Shown piece after piece: positions 59,263-64,000 of a DNA stretch of 64,000 nt. Positions within the stretch are counted from its first letter, which is position 1. Each line of letters starts with the position of its first letter. The notes beneath the pieces were generated by a model. That model ran no database searches. It worked only from the letters and a program-made list of their open reading frames with translations, and was not told the origin of the DNA. This stretch comes from an uncultured Gammaproteobacteria bacterium (GTDB lineage: Bacteria; Patescibacteriota; Microgenomatia; Levybacterales; UBA12049): NCBI GenBank assembly GCA_964457465.1, contig CAYWEJ010000002.1, forward strand, positions 15 through 64,014. The letters are read 5' to 3'. The position numbers and the translations under genes were made by a program.

Positions 59263-59303
59263 ATATCAAGCATAAATCTTTTTAAAGAGGCTGGCAACGC
59301 CCC

Positions 59304-59340
59304 TTGACAAAAAATAGCACTCTTGTTATTATACTGCTAA
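59304..59340 (+). promoter_or_regulatory. hrcA operon promoter with overlapping degenerate CIRCE
   Basis: TTGACA-N17-TATTAT; aTAGCACTC-N9-tacTGCTAA at 59314-59340. Confidence 0.8.
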
Positions 59341-59351
59341 TTGTTTCAGTT

Positions 59352-60086
59352 ATGCATAACTTGACTCAAAGACAAATTGAGATCCTTAAAGCGATTATTG
59401 AAGAATATATCGAGACAGCAGAGCCTGTTGGTTCTGAGACCCTTGAAAAAAAATATAGTCTAAGCGCTTCTCCTGCAACTATTCGAAATGAGATGGTTAG
59501 GCTTTCAGAGTTTGGTTATTTAAAAAAACCTCATTCTTCAGCTGGGCGTGTTCCAACGCCTGAGGGAATGAAATTTTATGTTTCTCAGTTGATGAAGGAG
59601 AAAGTGCTTTCGACTATTGAAGAAGTAGCATTGAAAGAAAAGGTATGGGATTATCGAGAGAGAATGCAGCGCTTCCTGAAGGAGGCAACGAGATCTCTTG
59701 CTGAGAAAACAGGAGCATTAGCTGTTGCTACATCTCACGATGGTGACGTCTTCGTATCTGGTTATTCTAATATCCTTGAGATGCCTGAGTTCTACGACAT
59801 TGATATTACCAAAGAGCTATTGTCAGCAATTGATGAGTCAGAATTCCTCTTTGATCTTTGTCGAAGAATGACGCAGGAAGGCGAAGAGATTAACATCCTT
59901 ATAGGAGATGATTTTGGAACTAGGCTTCAGGGGCCATATAGCTTTGTCTATACTCATTACGAAACACCAATGCATGGAGCTGGAGAGATAGGGGTAATTG
60001 GGCCTGTAAGGCTTAATTACAATGTTGTTGTCCCGACGGTGAGGTATTTTGGAGATCTTATTGAATCAATTGCAAAAGGTTGGTAA
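59352..60086 (+). CDS. hrcA: heat-inducible transcription repressor HrcA (short form)
   Basis: EPVGS, SPATIRNEM, PHSSAGRVPT, GVIGPVRLNY. Confidence 0.95.
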   Translation: MHNLTQRQIEILKAIIEEYIETAEPVGSETLEKKYSLSASPATIRNEMVRLSEFGYLKKPHSSAGRVPTPEGMKFYVSQLMKEKVLSTIEEVALKEKVWDYRERMQRFLKEATRSLAEKTGALAVATSHDGDVFVSGYSNILEMPEFYDIDITKELLSAIDESEFLFDLCRRMTQEGEEINILIGDDFGTRLQGPYSFVYTHYETPMHGAGEIGVIGPVRLNYNVVVPTVRYFGDLIESIAKGW

Positions 60087-60094
60087 AAAAGAAT

Positions 60095-60571
60095 ATGTCT
60101 GATGGAAAAATAAAAAGAAAAACAGAAGAAGTATTAGAGGCTGAGGAACAAGAAGAAATAAGTCGTAGTTCTGAATCTGAATGGGAAGATAAGTATAAAA
60201 GAGTGCTTGCTGACTACCAGAACCTTGAGAAAAGAGTGCGTGATGAAAGGGTTGAGTTAATTCGGTCTTCAAATAGAGAATTACTCTTGAGATTTTTGCC
60301 AATTTTAGATACAGTATTACTTGCAAAGCAACACGAGGATAATCAAAATCTAAAAATTGTTGAAGATCAATTCTTGGCAGTTCTCAAGACAGACGGAGTA
60401 GTAAGAATAAAGACAGTCGGGGAACAATTTGATCCAACTACTATGGAGGTTGTTACAACAGCGAAGGGAAATGAAGGAATTGTTATACAAGAAGTACGCC
60501 CAGGCTACTTGTTGTATGATAGATTGCTTCGTCCAGCACAAGTAATAGTAGGAAACGGCGAGAAAAATTAA
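60095..60571 (+). CDS. grpE: nucleotide exchange factor GrpE
   Basis: [32 protein letters not shown]. Confidence 0.96.
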   Translation: MSDGKIKRKTEEVLEAEEQEEISRSSESEWEDKYKRVLADYQNLEKRVRDERVELIRSSNRELLLRFLPILDTVLLAKQHEDNQNLKIVEDQFLAVLKTDGVVRIKTVGEQFDPTTMEVVTTAKGNEGIVIQEVRPGYLLYDRLLRPAQVIVGNGEKN

Positions 60572-60572
60572 T

Positions 60573-62474
60573 ATGGCAAAAATAATTGGTATTGATTTAG
60601 GTACAACAAATTCATGCGTTGCGGTTATGGAGGGTGGATCACCAAAAGTAATTCATTCTGCAGAAGGACGAAACGTTATTCCGTCAGTTGTTGATCCAAA
60701 GACACATGTTGTTGGTGATGTTGCAAAACGTCAGATGGTTCTGAAGCCAAAAGAGACTTTATTTTCAATTAAGCGCTTGATGGGTAAGAAGTTTTCTGAT
60801 GCTTCGGTTAAAGAAGACATGAAATGGCTTCCATACACTGTTAAGGCAGGAAGAGATGGTATGGCAGTTGTTGAAGTTGATGGAAAAACTTACACTCCTC
60901 AGGAAATATCTGCGATGATTCTTCAAAAAATTAAATCAGACGCTGAGGCGTATCTGGGTGATAAAGTTACTGAGGCAGTTATTACAGTTCCTGCATATTT
61001 TGACGATAGTCAGCGTCAGGCTACTAAGCAAGCTGGTGAGATTGCCGGGCTTGATGTAAAGCGTATAATCAATGAACCAACAGCAGCAGCTCTTTCCTAT
61101 GGTTTGGATAAGAAAAACGCTCATACAATCGCAGTCTATGATCTTGGTGGAGGAACATTTGATATCTCAATTTTGGAACTTGGCGATGGGGTATATGAAG
61201 TTAAATCTACTAACGGCGACACTCATCTCGGAGGAGATGACTTTGATCAGGTAATTATTTCTCACCTTGCTGATGAATTTAAAAAGGAAAATGCTATTGA
61301 TCTTCGAAATGATCCTCAAGCACTCCAGAGATTAAAAGAGTCTGCTGAAAAAGCAAAAATTGAGCTCTCGTCATCACAGGAGGCACAAATTAATCAGCCA
61401 TTTATTACCCAAGGACCAAATGGTCCGCTTCATCTCACTATGACTCTAACAAGAGCAAAGCTTGAACAGTTGGTTGACGACCTGGTTCAAAAAACACTCA
61501 AACCTGTTGAGCAGGCAATTAAGGACGCTGGTATCAAGACAAGTGATGTTGATGAAGTTGTGTTGGTAGGAGGTATGACTCGTATGCCAAAAATTGCGGA
61601 GACTGTCTCTAAATTCTTTGGTAAAGAGCCTAATAAATCAGTAAATCCTGATGAGGTTGTTGCTGTGGGTGCTGCAGTACAGGGAGGAGTGCTTTCAGGC
61701 GATGTAAAAGACGTATTGCTTCTTGATGTTACGCCACTAACACTTGGTATCGAGACAATGGGCAGTGTTGCAACACCTCTTATCTCTAGAAATACAACTA
61801 TTCCCACATCAAAGTCTCAAGTTTTCTCAACTGCAGCTGATAATCAAACGCAAGTAGAGATCAATGTGCTTCAGGGAGAGCGCCCAATGGCTGCCGATAA
61901 TAAATCCCTTGGTAGATTTATCTTGGACGGTATACCTCCAGCTCCTCGAGGCATGCCTCAGATAGAGGTTACCTTTGATATCGATGCTAATGGCATTTTG
62001 AATGTTAAAGCAAAGGATAAAGCTACTGGCAAAGAACAAAGTATTAAAATCACAGGCTCTACTGGCCTATCAAAAGAAGAAGTTGAGAAGATGACAAAAG
62101 AGGCTGAGCTTCACGCAAAAGAAGATGAGGAGAAGAAAGCGCAGGTTGAAACAAGAAATCAGGCGGACTCTCTTATTTTTACTGCTGAAAAATCTCTTAA
62201 GGACGCAGGCGATAAGGTTTCAGAAGACGTAAAGAAAGAGATTGAAGAGAAAATTAAGAATCTTAAAGATATCTTAGATACTGGGTCAAAAGAGGAAATT
62301 GAAACAAAGACTAAAGAGCTTTCAGATCACCTTCAAAAAATTGGTGAAGCTATGTATAAAGATCAAGCCGCATCTGCGGACGCTAATTCATCAGAAGCAA
62401 GCTCAGAGGAGAAGAAAGAAGCGAAGGATAATAATGAGCCTGTTGAAGGTGAGGTAGTCGATGGCCGAAACTAA
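60573..62474 (+). CDS. dnaK: chaperone DnaK
   Basis: [30 protein letters not shown]. Confidence 0.99.
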   Translation: MAKIIGIDLGTTNSCVAVMEGGSPKVIHSAEGRNVIPSVVDPKTHVVGDVAKRQMVLKPKETLFSIKRLMGKKFSDASVKEDMKWLPYTVKAGRDGMAVVEVDGKTYTPQEISAMILQKIKSDAEAYLGDKVTEAVITVPAYFDDSQRQATKQAGEIAGLDVKRIINEPTAAALSYGLDKKNAHTIAVYDLGGGTFDISILELGDGVYEVKSTNGDTHLGGDDFDQVIISHLADEFKKENAIDLRNDPQALQRLKESAEKAKIELSSSQEAQINQPFITQGPNGPLHLTMTLTRAKLEQLVDDLVQKTLKPVEQAIKDAGIKTSDVDEVVLVGGMTRMPKIAETVSKFFGKEPNKSVNPDEVVAVGAAVQGGVLSGDVKDVLLLDVTPLTLGIETMGSVATPLISRNTTIPTSKSQVFSTAADNQTQVEINVLQGERPMAADNKSLGRFILDGIPPAPRGMPQIEVTFDIDANGILNVKAKDKATGKEQSIKITGSTGLSKEEVEKMTKEAELHAKEDEEKKAQVETRNQADSLIFTAEKSLKDAGDKVSEDVKKEIEEKIKNLKDILDTGSKEEIETKTKELSDHLQKIGEAMYKDQAASADANSSEASSEEKKEAKDNNEPVEGEVVDGRN

Positions 62475-62898
62475 ACCTGAATTTGTCCAAGCCCCTATTC
62501 ATATAGTTGATAATCCTTCAAATAAGGAGCAACCCCCTGTTAGCGTGTCATCTCCGGTTGACACTGTACCGAGTAAAATTCTTGATTTAAATGATCAAGC
62601 TCGATTGGACGAGCTAGGAAAAGAAATCGAAAGATTATCAAATCAAGGTCAACCAACAATCCATTTGCAGCGTGAGATTGCTAGAATTCGTGGCGAGGAA
62701 GTGCCTTCAGTAAGAAGAAAAGACGGACCATATTTAGAGGATATTATGCCTAGAGAACAAATTGAAGAAAATTTGAGAAACGGTCTTCCTGCAAGTTATA
62801 GCCCACTTCATATAAGGACCGGTCAAGAGGCACGAGGAGATAGAAGTCCAACATGGAGAGGTCCAAGGCGAAGATCTACTACAGAGAGAACAAAGTAA
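62461..62898 (+). CDS. hypothetical protein between dnaK and dnaJ
   Basis: 145-aa ORF with GAGGT SD inside the dnaK end; fills the gap. Confidence 0.65.
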   Translation: MAETKPEFVQAPIHIVDNPSNKEQPPVSVSSPVDTVPSKILDLNDQARLDELGKEIERLSNQGQPTIHLQREIARIRGEEVPSVRRKDGPYLEDIMPREQIEENLRNGLPASYSPLHIRTGQEARGDRSPTWRGPRRRSTTERTK

Positions 62899-62914
62899 TA
62901 TTACATGAACTACT

Positions 62915-63790
62915 ATGGCACAAGATTATTATTCACTACTAGGTGTAACTAAATCCTCAAGTGCAGATGAGATTAAAAAAGCTTATCGCAAATTAGCGCT
63001 GCAGTACCACCCTGATCGTAACAAAACCAAGGAAGGTGAAGAAAAATTCAAGGAAATAACAAAGGCTTATGAGGTGCTTTCTGATGTCCAGAAGAGACAG
63101 GCATATGATCAATACGGTTCGGCAGCTTTTGAACAGGGAGGTCCAGGTGCTGGAGGGCCTTTTGGTGGGTTTGGTGGATTCAATCAGCAAGGCCCTTTTA
63201 GTTATACCTATTCAACTAATGGGCAAGGGTTTGATTTTGGGGGATTCTCAGACCCATTTGAAATATTTGAGCAATTTTTTGGTGGCGCATCACCATTTGG
63301 TAGAAGCCAGAGGCGTCCTGTTTATTCTCTATCTATTACCTTTATGGAGGCTGTAAAAGGCACTGAAAAAGAGGTCGAAATAGAAGGTAAAAAGCAAAAG
63401 ATAAAAGTTCCTGCAGGAGTTGATAGCGGAACAAGGATGAGATTTGATAATTTTGATGTTGTTTTTGATGTAAAGTCAGACAAAAGATTTCATCGTGAAG
63501 GTTCAGACGTAATTACAGAGGAAATACTTACATTTCCTCAAGTTGCGCTGGGGAGCGAGATAACAGTTGAAACAGTACAAGGACCTGTGACGATAAAAGT
63601 CCCTGCAGGAACCCAGCCTGAGACATTAATTCGTCTTCGAGAAAAGGGAATTAACAGGTTAAGAAGTAGTGGTAAAGGAGATCATTATGTGAAGGTTAAG
63701 GTAGAAATCCCCAAAAATTTAACACGAAAACAAAAAGAATTGCTCGAAAGTTTTGACTCAGACACCAAAAGGCAAAAAAGTTGGTTTTAA
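62915..63790 (+). CDS. dnaJ: DnaJ-family chaperone lacking zinc finger (class B)
   Basis: J domain HPD, G/F region, C-terminal domains, no CxxCxGxG repeats. Confidence 0.93.
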   Translation: MAQDYYSLLGVTKSSSADEIKKAYRKLALQYHPDRNKTKEGEEKFKEITKAYEVLSDVQKRQAYDQYGSAAFEQGGPGAGGPFGGFGGFNQQGPFSYTYSTNGQGFDFGGFSDPFEIFEQFFGGASPFGRSQRRPVYSLSITFMEAVKGTEKEVEIEGKKQKIKVPAGVDSGTRMRFDNFDVVFDVKSDKRFHREGSDVITEEILTFPQVALGSEITVETVQGPVTIKVPAGTQPETLIRLREKGINRLRSSGKGDHYVKVKVEIPKNLTRKQKELLESFDSDTKRQKSWF

Positions 63791-63877
63791 GATTTTTTCC
63801 TCTCCATTTTATTGTAATTTCAACGTTAAGTTCGTATACTTTAGTTACATCGCGCCTTTAGTTGGTGCTTTATTGTT

Positions 63878-64000
63878 ATGAAAATTGTCTCTGCCCGACA
63901 ATGGTTTGATAAAAAATCCCCCCTCTTCTTTGTTGGAGTAGCTCAAGCTGCTGACGCTGTGAAGCCTTGCGATATAAGAACATCAGCGATGACGCAACTT
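63878..64000 (+). CDS. partial hypothetical (possibly secreted) protein
   Basis: ATG 63878 open to window end (MKIVSARQW...VGVAQAADAV); TTGTAA-N17-TATACT at 63812-63840. Confidence 0.45.
   Translation, partial: MKIVSARQWFDKKSPLFFVGVAQAADAVKPCDIRTSAMTQL

Noticed and set aside
717-63356. Many short antisense or overlapping ORFs inside conserved genes
   Set aside because: No recognisable motifs or start signals; expected shadows of real genes.
1-64000. CRISPR arrays, IS elements, rRNA, group I/II introns
   Set aside because: No regularly spaced repeats, transposase or RT motifs, or rRNA signatures seen; intergenic gaps are too short.

Overview
AT-rich bacterial core-genome window. Gene content fits Patescibacteria/CPR, probably Microgenomates-like (inference from no rpmD/L30, class I LysRS, short HrcA and compact genes). 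It holds tuf plus the S10-spc-alpha-L13/S9 ribosomal superoperon (777-18638), then mixed housekeeping genes: obg, hflX, recA-recX-rny-HU, an ABC-2 exporter, a UvrD-nuclease, tsaD, greA, murB, lysS, a lipid-linked glycosylation cluster, tatD, metG and hrcA-grpE-dnaK-dnaJ. The ORF track misses a partial J-domain/Ser-Thr kinase fusion gene at the left edge, rpmJ, tRNA-Pro(GGG), an atypical RNase P RNA and a small 6S-like RNA upstream of rny. The most interesting signals are the J-domain-kinase fusion, terminator-bearing leaders (tuf, rplC, infA, greA), a GAGGCTA motif at promoters of translation genes, widespread leaderless promoters, a probable CUG start for HU and a heptamer-repeat hairpin between rpoA and rplQ. 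No CRISPR array, IS element, prophage or rRNA was seen. All calls come from reading the sequence by eye; no searches were run.
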